DNA of 64,000 nucleotides from the human T2T-CHM13v2.0 reference genome, Homo sapiens, in the NCBI RefSeq assembly GCF_009914755.1, contig NC_060928.1; one strand, written 5' to 3'. This document shows positions 1 to 25,332 of this stretch, piece by piece; within the stretch, counting starts at the first letter, position 1, and each line of letters opens with the position of its first letter. A program made the position numbers and the translations under genes. The notes below the pieces were generated by a model. That model was not told the origin of the DNA, ran no database searches, and was given only the letters and a program-made list of their open reading frames with translations.

Positions 1-815
1 TTGCTTAGAAATCTCCTCAGCTAAGTATCCAACTTCATCACTCACAAGTTCTACCTCCCACCCAGAAAACACTAGAACACAAACATAATTCAGCCAAGTT
101 CTTTGCTACTTTGTAACAAAGATTGCCTTTTCTCCATTGTCCAGTAACGTTCTTCATTTCTAAGACCATATCAGAATGGCCTTTATTTTCTACTAAAATT
201 CTGTACATGATTATTTATGTATTCTGTAAGATGGAAGCTTGCTCTACCATTCTCCTCTCTTCTTGCTGAGCTCTCTCCAAAATCACCTTTAATGCCCTTA
301 CTTCTACCAACAGTCCCTCACAGCAAATATCAGCTTGTTCTAGCATGCACTTAAAAACTCTTCCAGCCTATATCCATTACACAGTTGCAAAGTCACTTAC
401 CCGTTTTTAGGTATTTGTTATAGTAGCATCCCACTTTTTAGTAACACTTTTTGTCTTAGTTTGGGCTGCAATAACAAATACTATGGGCCAGGTAGCTTAC
501 ATACAAACATTTATTTCTGACAACTATGAAGGCTGGGAAATCCAAGATCAAAGTTCTAGCTGATTTGGTTCCCAGTGTGGGTCCTCTTACTGGCTTGCAG
601 ATAGAGGTCTTCTTCCTCCATCCTCACATGGTAGAGAAGAGGATCATCTCTTTTCTGTCTCTTCTAATATGGGCACTAATCCTATCACAAGGCCTCTACC
701 CTCATGAACTCATTACCTTCCAAAGGTCCCACCTCCAAATGCTAGCACATTGGGGATTAGGGAATTCAACATATGAATTTTGGGGGGAAGGTACACAAAC
801 ATTTAGTCCATAGCA
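1..815 (-). mobile_element. ERVL-MaLR: internal sequence (1-451) plus MLT1A-type LTR (452-815)
   Basis: 452-815 reads tgtcttagt...gggctgcaataacaaa...ggctgggaaatccaagatcaa...acatttagtccatagca, the reverse of MLT1A/A0. Upstream sequence resembles MaLR internal. Confidence 0.75.
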
Positions 816-898
816 TGTATATATACTATGATCCCTTCTATGTAAAACAAAAATATAAACTATATACATACGTATATGCATATTAAATTTCTAGAAGG

Positions 899-1200
899 AG
901 CCAGGCACGGTGGCTCACGCCTGTAATCCCAGCACTTTGGGAGGCCGAGGTGGGTGGATCACGAGGTCAGGAGATCGAGACCATCCTGGCTAACACAGTG
1001 AAACCCCGTCTCTACTAAAAATACAAAAAAATTAGCCAGGCATGGTGGCGGGTGCCTGTAGTCCCAGCTACTCGGGAGGCTGAGGCAGAAGAATGGCATG
1101 AAACAGGGACGTGGAGCTTGCAGGAGCCAAGATCGCGCCACTGCACTCCAGCCTGGGAGACAGAGTGAGGCTCCATCTCAAAAAAAAAAAAAAAAAAAAA
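899..1200 (+). mobile_element. AluY-like SINE
   Basis: Full dimer with AluY diagnostics (gagatcgagaccatcctggctaac, gaatggcatgaa, gagcttgcag), A-tail and ttctagaa TSD-like flanks. Confidence 0.9.
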
Positions 1201-1489
1201 TTCTAGAAAGATGTGTGTCTATACTTTCCAAAAACAGCCACAGAATTAAAGCCAAACATGCTCTTCTAGAATCTTGCCACTCCCCATTGAGAGGTGAAAT
1301 CTGGCCAGACTCTGTGGCTCATGCCTGTAATCCTAACACTTTGGGAGGTCAAGGCAGGAGGAACGCTTGAGCCCAGGCTATGGTCAAGCCATTGCCCTCC
1401 ATCCTGGGTGACAGAGCAAGACCCTGTCAAAGAAGAAAGGAGGAAGAAGGAAGAAGAAAGGAAAGAGGGAGGAAGGAAAGAGAGAAATC

Positions 1490-1912
1490 TGTTTGCCCTC
1501 CTCTTGAACCTGGACAGGCCTGTGACTGCTACACCCAAGAATATAGGAAAGGTGTTATGACTTCTTACACTAAGTTCTCTCCCTCTCCCATCTCCTCTCA
1601 GGAGGGATGTTCTCCCTTGGAACCAGGCCACCATTCTATGAGGAAGCCAAGCAGCCACATGAAAAGGCCGTATGTAGACATTCTAACTGACAATACTAGC
1701 TAAGGTTCCAGCTACTCACCAGCATCAACTATCAGACAGTGAGTAACCAAGTTTCCAGATACTTCCTGCCCTCAGCTTCTATGTCTTCTAGCTAAGAACA
1801 CAAACAATGATCAGCAGACAAGCTGTGTGAATTCCAGACACAGTCTGTCAGCTTAATGAATGGTTGTAAGTTTTGGGGAAATTTGTTATACAATAATAAT
1901 AATGGGAACAAT
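1490..1912 (+). mobile_element. MaLR LTR fragment (MLT1G/H-like)
   Basis: Motifs ggaaccaggccaccattctatgaggaagccaagcagccacatg and ttttggggaaatttgttatacaataata. Confidence 0.6.
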
Positions 1913-2704
1913 ACACAAGAAACTGTCGGCTGAGGGTGGTGGCTCACGCCTGTAATCCCAGCACTTTGGGAGGTCAAGAAGGGAAGAGTGCTTGAGGCCA
2001 GGAGTTTGAGACCAGCCTGGGCAAAATAGAGAGACCCCATCTCTATTCTAAATAAATAAATAAAACGTAACTATACATCCTAAATACACAGTTCAAAATT
2101 GGTAAGACCAATTGTATTGCTAATTATAGAAGGCTATGTGCCTTTTATGTCTTCCAGTGCCTGCATATTGATTTAAAAAAAGGATTAAGATTTGAAACAA
2201 AGTAGTCCACTGAAATTTCCTTATTGACTAAAATAAAACTCAAAAGTTAATCACACGATTAAAAAAGCTTTCATAGCAACATGAAAAATGCAAAATATTA
2301 TTAAATTGAGGAAAATATACATATTCCATAGTATCTAAAAACATATTTCTTAAAAAGATCTGGGAAGATACACACCAATTCATCTAGGAAAGTAGGAAAT
2401 AAAAGCTAAGTATGGGGAAAGGAGTTCAGCCTTACTTTTAATGTATTGATATTTTTTGAAAACACATATTCATATATTATTTATATAAATAATTAAATAT
2501 TTTAAAAAGAAAAACAAATATTTTACAAAAGTTTTAACACAACTAGCAAAAATACATTTGCTGCATAGAGAAGTCTCTCAAAGAAACTTTCCAGACACAG
2601 ATATTTTTCTTCCAGGAAAGGTCCGATGGGCCTTAAAGTGATTTATTTAAGTACAGTAGACATCACAATTTACAGGGCATTCAGGCTGATAAAAAGGAAT
2701 CTGA

Positions 2705-3070
<366 letters not shown>

Positions 3071-4248
3071 TGAAGATGTAGAAGTTTTAGTTATGCTGTT
3101 TAGATTAAGAGTTGAAATACAGAGCTCAACAATTAAAACATAAAAATGAAGAGGATTACCTGCATTCCAAAATCTTAGATTCTAACAGAACAGGAAAAAC
3201 ACATGAGCATAATCCAAGTTCGCATTTCTAAATCCATCTGCTTTCTCTTTCTAGAATTCCTATCATTAATAGAAGAAACTATATGCCAAGTGACAGCCAG
3301 TGAAGCAGAACAACAGGAGAAGACGGCAAAGCCAGAAGCAAATTATTTCAATGGAAGAAAAATCCCCTCTCCAGGTTGTTTTCATTGGTATAAGGATATG
3401 AGTTACTTTTTAAAAAGGAACACTAGGCGGCCAGGCACAGTGGCTCACATCTGTAATCCTAGCACTTTGGGAGGCCGAGGTGGATGGATCACAAGGTCAG
3501 GAGTTTGAGACCAGTCTGGCCAACATAGTGAAACCGTCTCTACTAAAAATACAAAAAATTAGCCGGGTGTGGTGGCGTGCACCTGTAATCCCAGATACTC
3601 AGGAGGCTGAGACATGAGAGGCAGAGGCTGCAGTGAGCCGAGATCACACCACTGCACTCCAGCCTGGGCAACACAGCAAGACTGTTTCAAAAAAAAAAAA
3701 AAAAAAAAAAAGAATACTAAAGTAGTTACAAGGAAATATCTGATTTTTCTTTTTCTTGTTTTATAAAGAATACTAGACAACTTAAAACAATAATTTATGC
3801 AAGGCACGGTGGCTCACACCTGTAATCCCAGCACTTTGGGGGGCCAAGGCAGGTGGATCACCTGAGGTTGGGAGTTCGAGACCAGCCTGACCAACATGGT
3901 GAAATCCCGTCTCTACTAAAAATACAAAATTAGCTGGGCGTGGTGGCGCTTGCCTGTAATCCCAGCTACTCAGGAGGCTGAGGCAGGAGAATTGCTTGTG
4001 GAATTGAGGTGGAAGTTACGGTGACCCGAGAATGCGCCATTGCACTCCAGCCTGAGCAACAAGAGCAAAACTCTGCCTCAAAAAAAAAAAAGAATGATTC
4101 ATGATTAGACGGGGATTTTGTGTAGGCAACTTTCTATACATATACTAGTATTCTACTACTACATCACTAAAAATCCATAGTTATCGGCTGGGCGTGGTGG
4201 CTCACGCCTGTAATCTCAGCACTTCGGGAGGCCAAGGTGGGCGGATCA

Positions 4249-4494
<246 letters not shown>

Positions 4495-4653
4495 TTATCA
4501 CGGGGCATATTCCTATATTAAATAACACAGAATTATATGTAACATGATGAAGATACCCAGATTGTCACTGAAAGAGACTCACCGTCTATCCTTATCTACC
4601 TTTTTAAGTCCTTTTAGGCAGTATTATAAAGCACTAAATCTCTAATTAAAGTA

Positions 4654-4946
4654 CAGTTGTCCCTTGGTATCTGCAGGGGCTTGGTTCCAGGAACCCCCCT
4701 CAGATTCCAAATCCAGACACTCAAATCCCTTATATAAAATTGTATAGTATTTACATACAATCTATGAACATCCTCCCATAGACAAATTGTCTCTAGGTTA
4801 CTTATAATACTTAATACAATGTACAGGCTATGTAAACAGTGGTTATGCTATTGTTTTATTATTTGTATTATTATTTTTTAAATATTTTTGATTTACAGTT
4901 GGCTAAATCCATGAATCCAGAGAGCACAGGTATGAAGGGCCAACTG
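4654..4946 (+). mobile_element. MER2 (TcMar-Tigger MITE)
   Basis: Terminal inverted repeats cagttgtccctt...aagggccaactg, TA duplication on both sides, and an internal MER2-like sequence (ggttccaggaacccc, cccttatataaaat). Confidence 0.85.
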
Positions 4947-5244
4947 TATTAGATTAGGAAAGAAAAAAGTCCGTGATATGAGATAATACCTCAATTTTTT
5001 AAGTGTTTCTGAACATTCCTGAGACAAGCAGAAGTATACATACACCTGGCAAAATGCAACTGCATTAAGAATAGTCTAACACTCGCTGTAACTCGGTGAT
5101 GTAATTAAATCATAGAAAGGACCCATGCCAAGTAAGTAAGTAAAACCTTGTCACCAGCACCCCAAAACGGGCATTCTTTGTACTGCAATCATATCAGTCT
5201 TGAACTTGAACACTGTTAGTTTATAATATGTACTTTTTTTTTGA

Positions 5245-5560
<316 letters not shown>

Positions 5561-6243
5561 TAATAACATAGTCAGAGAAGCTTAGTGAGGTGGCTCACGA
5601 CTGTAATCTTAGCACTTAAGGAGGGTGGAACAGGAGGAAGCTTGAGGCTAGGTGTGTGAGACCAGCGTAGGCAACACAGTGAGACCCCATCTCTACAAAA
5701 AAAATACAAAAATTAGCCAGGCACAATGGTGTGTACCTGTAGAACCAGCTACTCTGGAGACTGAGGTGGGAGGATCGCTTGAGCCCAGGAGTTCAAGGCT
5801 GCAGTGATCTATTACACCACTCCACTCCAGCCTAGATGATACAATGAGACCCTGTCTCTTAAAATAAAAATAAAGGAAAAATATAGATAGATAGACAGAT
5901 AGATAGATAGTCACAGAGATGGTCATTTGCCTCTTTTTTTTTTTTTTTTTTTTAAGACAGGGTCTCACTTTGTTGCTCAGGCTGGTTTCTAAATCCTGCC
6001 TTTAAACAATCCTCCCGCCTCTGCCTCCGAAAGTGCTGAGATTATGAGCATGAGCCCAGCCAGATTTATAGTCTTTGTACTAAAACTTATATATAACCAG
6101 TGATGAGGCAGTAGTAAGAGAAGTTCCAACTGCTGTTAGTGCCCATAAAGCTTTATGAGAGGATACTTTTCTTCTATTTTTATAGATTTTTTAAAACATT
6201 CTGATGAGAACAAATCCTACCAATTTATAAATCAAGGTAATGA

Positions 6244-9233
<2,990 letters not shown>

Positions 9234-9269
9234 AAAGAGTTTCTTCTTCAATGAAAACGTTTTCTGTAA

Positions 9270-9458
<189 letters not shown>

Positions 9459-9781
9459 TAGAGAAGGGGTTTTACCATGTTGCCCAGGCTGGTTTCAAAC
9501 TCCTAGACTCAAGTGATCGGTGGCCTCTGCCTCCTTTGGGAAGAGTGCTGAGTTTACAGGGGTGAGCCACCATGCCAGGCCTGTAATTACTAATTTTTGT
9601 ATATATCTGTACAAGGTGCTTAGAAGTTTTATTTTTAGGTTAATTATTTGAGTGGGTAATGCATTCACATGGTTTTAAAATATAAAAATACACTGAAGAG
9701 TATGCCTCCTGCTCCTTCCTCCTACTCCTCTACCCCACCCTTGATTGCATATATAGTGCCTTTTTTTCTTTCTTTCTTTGA

Positions 9782-9940
<159 letters not shown>

Positions 9941-10799
9941 TAGTAGAGACATGGTTTCTCCATGTTAGTCAGGCTGGTCTCGAACTCCCGACCTCAGGTG
10001 ATCCACTTGCCTCGGCCTCCCAAAGTGCTGGGATTACAGGCGTGAGCCACCGGGCCCGGCCGCATATATAGTGCTTTTTAAGGTGCTTAAAGGAGACCAA
10101 CCAAGAAGAACATGATGCTGAAGCAACAGCCTAAAACTAAATGGTCAGGACTGAACATGTCTCTGCCACTCTCTGGTCAGTTCCAACACCTGGGAAAACT
10201 AACTTACTTCAGTTTCCTTATCTGTAAAAAGAAATCCTAGTACTTACATTAGAGGTTTTCAATGGACTAGGCCCCCTTCAAACCCTCCCCACTGTAACCA
10301 CTGTTTGAGGTATATCCCTTTGAACCTTTTTTACTATTTGCAAAAACATTGTACTGACTTCAGCAATACACAAGCCTACAAAGTCTTCGTTATGGCACTC
10401 ACTAGCACTTCTCTGATACTTCTAAAATATCAGTTTATCAAATTCTCTTTGTATTTCTAATAGTTTTGCATTCTCACCGTCATCCAGGCTGGAGTGTAGT
10501 GGTGCAATCACACCTCATTGCAGCCTTGACTTCCCAGGCTCAAGCAATCCTCTGACCTCAGCCTCTGAAGGAGCTGTGACTATAGGTATGTGCCAAGATG
10601 CCCCGCTAATTTTTGTATTTTTTGTAGAAAAGGGATTTTGCCGTATTGCCCAGGCTGGTCTTGAACTCCTAGGTTCAAGCAATCTGCCTGCCTTGGCCTC
10701 CCAAAGTGCTGGGATTACAGGGATGAGCCACGGTGCCCGGCCCAGGTTTCCTTTTTTTTTTTTTTTTTTTTTTAGCCTACTTCTTCTATCATTCTAAGG

Positions 10800-11455
10800 T
10801 TCCCCAGTGCATCCATATGACTCCCTAGAGTATTCTGGACATCTGAGAAGCAGATTTTTGGTTGTTGTGATTGGCTTGCATCCTACATGGCTTAAAAATG
10901 TCCTACTAGACACTCACAAAAATGAAAACCCTGAGCCTATAATCTAACTTCATCTGACAGAAAAATATAATTTTCAGATGGTATTGACTTTTCAAGGAAT
11001 TAAACTGGACTTTAGCATTTAAATCAGGGAAAATTGTACTTAGTTTTATTTAAAGCTCTACCAAGACCTGTCCTCCATTTCAGAAAGTCATTGTCACTGG
11101 TGGTATTTTTTTTTTTTTTTTTTTTTTGGAGACGGAGTCTGGCTCTGTTGCCCAGGCTGGAGCGCAGTGGCACCATCTAAGCTCACTGCAAGCTCTGCCT
11201 CCGGGGTTCAAGTGATTCTCCTGCCTCAGCCTCCCGAGTAGCTAGGATTACAGGCACCTGCCACCACACCCAGCTAATTTTTGTATTTTTAGTAGAGACA
11301 GGGTTTCACCATGTTGGCCAGACTGTCACTGGTGGTATTTAAACCCAACAAAACAAACATGTATGAGTCTGCATTTATAACCGTAATGTTCATGATTTTT
11401 CCTATTAGTAAGTATTTACTTCATCTTGTCTTCTAATGTAGCTGTACCTCACTAC
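10800..11455. mobile_element. Old hAT-Charlie element (MER20B-like) interrupted by a truncated Alu
   Basis: Motifs ccatttcagaaagtca, tggtattt...caaaacaaacatgtatgagtctgcattt and tcttctaatgtagc recalled from MER20B. Confidence 0.5.
11109..11323 (-). mobile_element. 5'-truncated Alu with a perfect 17-bp TSD
   Basis: TSD tgtcactggtggtattt at 11092-11108 and 11324-11340. The Alu stops inside its left arm. Confidence 0.9.
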
Positions 11456-11949
11456 ATCATGGTCCTTTTATTTTCTTCAACTACTTTGCCTGTTTTTCTG
11501 CTCACATTAATGAAGGACTAGCTCAATGAACAGTTAGGGCATACAAACAGCTTCCCTAATCAAGGAAGTATGCAGGCAGGCTAAAGAGCCTCTTAACTCT
11601 CAAAATAGGGAAGACTTCATTACAAGACTTTATATCATATTTCATTCCAAAACCAAGTGTTTTTTCTCTTCCTTCTCACTTTATTTACAACCACTATAGA
11701 GTTCAGGGTTTCCTTGGTTTCCCTCTTGGTCCTTAACATGCAACTAGGAGTCCTCCCCACAAAAAGTTTTCTACTTGTCTTAGACAGCAACTCTCGTGGT
11801 TTTAGCCTGGTAGCAAAGGCCTAAGCCAGTTACCTTATACTGCATAGAAGGGAAAAGAGGCACAACAGATCCAGCTACTCAATAGACCTATTCCTCCTTT
11901 TTGTACTCACTGAAAGGTTTTGCTTTCTGTTTTGTGTGGTAGTTTTGTT

Positions 11950-12890
11950 TTAGTTATTCGTGTACACAATTTAGAGTCAAACAGTTCTATAAGGTTTGTT
12001 CTGAAAAACAGTAATTTTTCATCCTCCTACCCACTTCTCCCTCCAGAGGCAAACATTTTCAACTTTTAGCTGATTGTTTTACTGCTTACCTCCATGTCTT
12101 TTATATATAAATATGCATTATTGCTACTTCTTGATTTTTCCATGTTAAATACCCATAGATGTACCAGTATAGAGTATGAAGATCTGCTTCTCCTCCCTGA
12201 CCCCGTGTATACTCTTTCCATCCCCTAATAATGGTTGTATCATAGTTGTTTAGTTCAGTACTCAGTTATCAATTATAACTACATAAACGTTCACAGTTGA
12301 GCCACACAGTAAACTATACTGTAATTACTTTTTCTTTTCTGTACTACTTAATGTGTTTCTTTAAAGTTAGTACTTTTTTTGCATTTTTCTATGACTTTTC
12401 AAAACTTGTTTACAGTTCCCTAGATCACAAGATGTCTAGACTCACCAGGTATTCTACCAATTCATCTTTCTAAAAAAGTCTCTCCCAGAGCCATGTGACC
12501 CCCACACCCCCATCCACCGCCCCCCTGCAACTAAGCCAGCTCCCTGTAGTCCTGATGCACAGCTGCCACCCTGGGATGTCCCTTCACCATTATCCTGGAA
12601 GGTACTTTGTTTCTCGTATGTGCTAGATCTGCTTTCTACACTCAAAATCCTAGTCTTCTTTCTTGGCTTATGCCTTCATTTCGGTGAAAAATAGCTCATC
12701 CTCTAGGAACTTCCTATGAAAGCATACTCCCCCAACTTGATTGAGAGATTGGCTGGATACAGAATGCTGGACTGGTAATGACTTCCCTTCAGGATTTTGA
12801 AGCCACTGTGCCAATGCCTTCTAGTTTCCAGTTTTGCTGTTGAGAAGTCTAAAGTCGTTTAGATTCTTGACCCTTAGTGTGTGACCTGTT
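11950..12890 (-). mobile_element. Ancient L1ME-type fragment
   Basis: Motifs ggctggatacagaatgctgg and ttctagtttccagttttgctgttgagaagtct, typical of old antisense L1M. Confidence 0.55.
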
Positions 12891-12894
12891 TTCC

Positions 12895-13780
<886 letters not shown>

Positions 13781-14067
13781 GCATGAGCATCTTAGCCCAG
13801 CTGGCATTGGGGCATGACTTTGGCTCTTGTTTTGACAACTTACCCTCCCTTTTATCCTATTTCCCATGCCAGGCTCTCCAATGTGAGCTACAAAATACAC
13901 TTTAATAACTCCTTTCTCAAACTCCTGGCCTCAAGTGATCCACCTGCCTCAGCCTCCCAAAGTGATGAGATTATAGGCATGAGCCACCGTGCCCAGCCTA
14001 ATCATCCAGAATTTCTATTACTCATAATGAAGAACCTTAACTGATAACACTATTAAATCAGGAAAAG

Positions 14068-14601
<534 letters not shown>

Positions 14602-16635
14602 TTAAAAATTAAAAATAGGGAATGTATATTCAGGGCAACTTGAGTGTATGCTCCCAGAAAGCAAAAAAAAAGTTTATTAAAAAAAATTTAACATAACAGA
14701 TTTATGTATCATACTCTTAGGCATTATTTATAGTAGTACATAGTATACTTTATTATTTATGAAAAGGAACTAATAATAAAATCCTAACTGCTCCTAAGTT
14801 GTGTATATTCCTTGGCAAAGCTCATCTATTTCTACAGAATAGGCAAAAACTAAACCACAGCCCAGCATATAACTAATGACCTGACCTGTAAATCATCATT
14901 AAAATCTTCAAGTTTCTCCAGGTGTCTACTTGCTATAAGAACTTTAAATTCTTAAAAATTGATGATATTCTGGCCTTCAAAAAAACCCAATTACATTACA
15001 TGAGGTCAACAAAAAAACCCAAAAATTCACAATTAGTACTTGAAATTTTACTCTATTACAAAGATGAATTAAATGTCCATTTTTAGAAAGTGAGAATAAA
15101 TCTGTTCTGTCATTATACTGTATCAGTAACTACATCTGTGAGTTTCCTAAGCACACAGGGATTTAAATTCTTGTAGTTATAACTAACGGCAAAAAATTAT
15201 ACCCTCAGATAAATTGCTTTTAAAATACAGGCTGGGAGTTAACTTAGAGTTCTATAAAGCTGTCAGATAACAGGTACTAAGAAAAAAGGTCCTCTGAAGT
15301 ATAAAAGTAGAAGATAATGGATGAGGTGGGGTGCAGTGGCTCATGCCTATAATCCCAACACTTTGGGAGGCTAAGGCGGGAGGATCACTTGAGGCCAGGA
15401 GTTCGAGACCACCCTGGGCAACCTGGGGAGATCCCATCTCTACCAAAATGTAAAAAATTAGTTGGGCATGGTGGTGCATGCCTGTAATCCTAGCTACCTG
15501 GGAGGCTAAAGTGGGAGGATTGCTTGAGCCCAGGAGTTCAAGGTTGCAATGAGCTATTACCACACCACTGCATTTCAGCCTGGGGGAAAAGAATAAGACC
15601 CTATCTCAAAAAAAAAAAAAAAAAAAAATGCTAGTTTGGTGACTCATGCCTGTAATCCCAGCACTTTGGGAGGGGGAGGTAGGCAGATAGTTGAGCTCAG
15701 GAGTTCAAGACCAGCCTGGGCAACATGGTAGAACCCCACCTCTATAAAAAAAACAAAAATTAGCCAGGTGTGGTGGCTGGTGCCTGTGGTCCCAGCTACT
15801 CAGGAGACTGAGGCAGGAGGATTGCTTGAGCCTGGGAGACAGAGGTTGCAGTGCGCAGAGATCGTGCCACTGCCCTACAGCCTGGGTGACAGCAAAGTCA
15901 TGTCTCAAAAAAAAAAAAAATGATGATAATGGATGCATGAGAGGTGGAAAAGCCTATTAGAAAAGAATATTGGCCGGGCACAGTGGCTCACGCCTGTAAT
16001 CCCAGCACTTTGGGAGGCCGAGGCAGGCGGATCACCTGAGGTCAGGAGTTCGAGACCAGCCTGGCCAACATGGTAAAACCCCATCTCTACTAAAAATACA
16101 AAAAGTAGCTGGGCGTGGTGGCAGGCGCCTGTAATTCCAGCTGCTTGGGAGGCTGAGGCATGAGAATCGTTTGAATCCAGGAGGCAGACGTTGCAGTGAG
16201 CCTAGACTGCATCATTGTACTCCAGCCTGGGCAACAGAGCAGACTCCATGTCAAAAAACAAACAAACAAAAACGATCGGCTCTTTGCTTCATAAACAAAT
16301 ATTCTCTCCTTAGACTCATCTATTTTTACACCAAGTTATCAGAGCCATCACATTACCATTATATTTCTATACCCTCAAGAGTCTGATTTAATGTATAAGT
16401 TCTTATTTTATTCCTTTCCTTCTGAGGCATTCTTAAGGATCACAAGTCCTAGTGCATGCTGACTCTAAAAAAGTACATCATTCACAAGAAACACATTTCT
16501 GATCACTATATGTAGCAACACTAAGCAAGCAGAAAACCTGCTTATTAGTTATTGACAACTTAAATATTTGAGCAAATGTTTGTACGTACCTTTATTAACT
16601 GACATACAAGAGTATTTTAAAACAATAAAATGTTA

Positions 16636-16995
<360 letters not shown>

Positions 16996-16998
16996 TCA

Positions 16999-17306
<308 letters not shown>

Positions 17307-17383
17307 TCAATGAGACTATTCAAATCTTGTTGTTCAGAAATCTACCTCTGTCAAATAATTGATTTGTTTTCAGAAATGCTTTA

Positions 17384-17743
<360 letters not shown>

Positions 17744-17859
17744 CTATATCATAACAGGAAGTGTCAATAGCAGCTTAGCAGGCAAACAAGCTCCACACAG
17801 CTAAAAACAATTTTATTTGTATTGATATAAAGTAGAAAAGGCAATATACATATGTGTTA

Positions 17860-18246
<387 letters not shown>

Positions 18247-18264
18247 TCATCTCTAATGAAATAA

Positions 18265-18408
<144 letters not shown>

Positions 18409-18703
18409 TAAAAGTGTGTGCCACCACGCCTGGCAAATTTTTATATTTTTAGTAGAGATGGGGTTTTGCTTTGTTGGCCAAACTGGTCTCGAACTCCTGA
18501 GTTCAAGTGATCCGCCCACCTTGGCCTCCCAAAGTGCTGGGATTACAGGTGTGAGCCACTGTGCCCGGTCACTTTTTAATCATTACAACTTAAACAAATG
18601 TGGAATTTCAATTATGAAATACTCTTTAGTGACCATCAGATGAAAACCCTCCAATAACCAGTATTTTCATGAAAAGAGGATACAAGGGATACAGATCAGT
18701 TCA

Positions 18704-18943
<240 letters not shown>

Positions 18944-19383
18944 CTATGTATAGTTTGTATTTATTGACTTGTATCTATTAATTTATTATTAATCTTATAT
19001 GAATTATGAATCTATACAGGTGATTGGCTACCCCTTCTGCCATCAGCCCATAAATACAAATGTCTTCAATGCTCTAAACTGGCCCCACCTGTGATGCTGA
19101 AGATGCTAGAACCTACTCTGCTTAATTACTCAATTATTTGACTTTATTAGCTCCAGTATGCAAATAATTTAAACCAGCCTTTACCCTCACCAAGAAAGAC
19201 ATCTGAAAAGGTATCTAAAATGATACCAAGGTTTATGGGGGGAAATTAATGACATAGCTAAAAAATAGCTAGGTAGATTTCAAAAAATAAAGAGAAACAA
19301 ATGAGAGGTCAAGATGGAGTATTGGCAACCACATTTACTGTTCTGCCTAAAACAGTTTTTTAAAAATTAGACAAAATACATGA

Positions 19384-19821
<438 letters not shown>

Positions 19822-20039
19822 CTAGTGAGACCTCACCTCTACAAATAATTTAAAAATTAGCTGGGCATGGTGGCACAAACCTGTGGTCCCAGCTACTCAG
19901 AAGGCTGAGGTGGGAGGATTGCTTGAGCCCTGGCAGTCAAGGCTGCAATAAGCCATGATCACGCCACTGCATTCCAGCCTGGGCAACACAGTGAGTTCAT
20001 GTTTAAAAAAAAAAAAAAAGGGCTGAGTGTGGTGGCTCA

Positions 20040-23000
<2,961 letters not shown>

Positions 23001-23019
23001 CATAAATGGTGCCTAGAGA

Positions 23020-23530
23020 GCATATACATGTTCTAAACTCATCCGGAGAGTCAGGGAAGATTTTACTGAAGAAATTAACTAGGAGTTGAGAGTGAAGGAA
23101 TGAGTTAAATACATTAGGGAGAGGTAGAAGTAGAAGGTGTGACACTTGGGGGTTGAGGGCATTCTAGACACAAAGGGAAAAGAAGTACAAAGGTCCTTTA
23201 TGAGTAAGAGTATGACATGTTGGAGGAACTGAAAGAAAGCCACACTGTGCTAGAATCTGGATAGCAAAGTGGTTTAAAATGACACAGGAGAGGTCAGAGG
23301 GAGTCATGCCACAAAGGGTCTTTCCGGCTATGTTCATGATTAGGTCGTTACCCCAAGAGCAATGTGAAGAACAATGTGAAGCAATGTGCTTTCATCCTGG
23401 TGTGTTCTAAAAAGACCACCTCAGCTGCACGATAGAAAACTGAGAAAAGGGAAGCCACAGTAGGTAGAGGGAACCTAGTTAAAATGCTCTTTCAACAGAT
23501 CAGCGACAACGGCGGGGCTCCTTGGAGAAT
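23020..23530 (+). mobile_element. L2 fragment
   Basis: Motifs gtcagggaagattttactgaag and tgttggaggaactgaaagaaagcc. Confidence 0.55.
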
Positions 23531-23654
23531 GATATTTTAATGACAGCATATTGAATCACTGGAAGGAAGACAAATTATTTCATAAATGGTGTTAGCTCCC
23601 TCCCTATTCTCATTCCTTATGCCAAAATAAATTCTAGACGCATGAGTGATTTAA

Positions 23655-23825
<171 letters not shown>

Positions 23826-24880
23826 TAAAGACGGGGTCTCCCTATGTTGCCCAGGCTGGTCTTGAACTCTTGAGCTCAAGTGATCCTCCCTCCTCAGCCT
23901 CCCAAAGTGCTGAAATTACAGGTGTGAGCCACCGCGCCTGGTCCAATTTAACTTTTAAAAATGAAGTCACACATAAAATTAGTCAACTACAGCAACAGAT
24001 TAGAACACAGTATCCACAAATTGACCCATGATTTTACTGAAATTGAAAATATGCAAAAGGTGCCATTTAAAATCATGGATTATTTAATAAATGGCAGGGT
24101 GATTGTCTTTTTTTTTAAAGTAAACTGTGACACATACATAAAGCACTGGAAGCCTGAGCAATATAGCAAGACCCCATCTCCACACACAAAAATTTTTTTT
24201 AATTAGCTGGGTGTGGTGGCGTGTACCTGTAGTTCTAACTACTCTGGAGGCTGAAGTAGGGGGATCGCTTGAGCCCAGGAGATTGAGACCATAGTGAGCT
24301 ATGATCACACCACTGCACTCTAGCCTGAGTGACAGAACTAGACCTGGTCTCTTAAAAAAAAAAAAAAAACTGAAAGAACATACAACAGACTTAATATGTG
24401 AATAGCTCTGGGGAAGAGAATAAAATTTTGGGGACTAGAGTTTCGTTGTCAATTTTTACATTTCTTATGAGTATGTATTTATGCATTAAGACTTCTAAAA
24501 TATAAATTTTAATTTTAAAAAGGCACACATACATAACTACAAGAAGATGACTGGGATACATATAGAATATAAGTCCAAGAAACCATGAAGGAAAGGACCA
24601 ATAATTTTAACAACCAAAACCAATAAAAGTTTCTATAAAACCAAAAATACACCATAAAATGAAAATACAACAAACTTGAAAAACCATGTGCAATATCAGG
24701 GCTAGTTTCCTTAATTTACAGAGAACTCTGAAAAAATCAGTATGAAAATGGCAACCTAGAAGAAAAGTGAGCGAAGATTACATTCACAGGAAAATACAGA
24801 ACCAATAAGCAAATAAAAAATGGAAGTGTAAATCAAAACAATCTTATACCTATCAGGAGATTGGTAAAATTAATTCATCC

Positions 24881-25332
24881 AGCCAGACACGGTGGCTCAC
24901 GCCTATAATCCCAGCACTTTGGGAGGCCAAGGCAGGCAGATCACCTGAGGTCAGGAGTTCGAGACCAGCCTGGCCAACATGGCCAAACCCCGTCTCTACT
25001 AAAAATACAAAAATTAGCTGGGCATGGTGGCAGGTACCCGTAATCCCAGCTACTCAGGAGGCTGAGGCAGGAGAATTGCTTGAACTCGGGGGGTGGAGGT
25101 TGCAGTGACCCAAGATAGCACTAATTCACTCCAGCCTGAGCAACCGAGCAAGACTCCATCTCAAAAAAAAAAAAAAAACAATTAGCCAGGAATGGTGGTA
25201 TGCACCTGTAATCCTAGCTACTCAGGAGGCTGACACAGGAGAATCGCTTGAACCCAGGAGGTGGAGGTTATAGTGAGCCGAGATTGCCCAGCCTGGGCAA
25301 CAGAGCAAGACTCCATCTAAAAATAATAATAA
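24881..25332 (+). mobile_element. Trimeric Alu (full AluS + extra right arm) within an old L1M remnant
   Basis: A single TSD taattcatcc (24871-24880, 25333-25342). Confidence 0.85.
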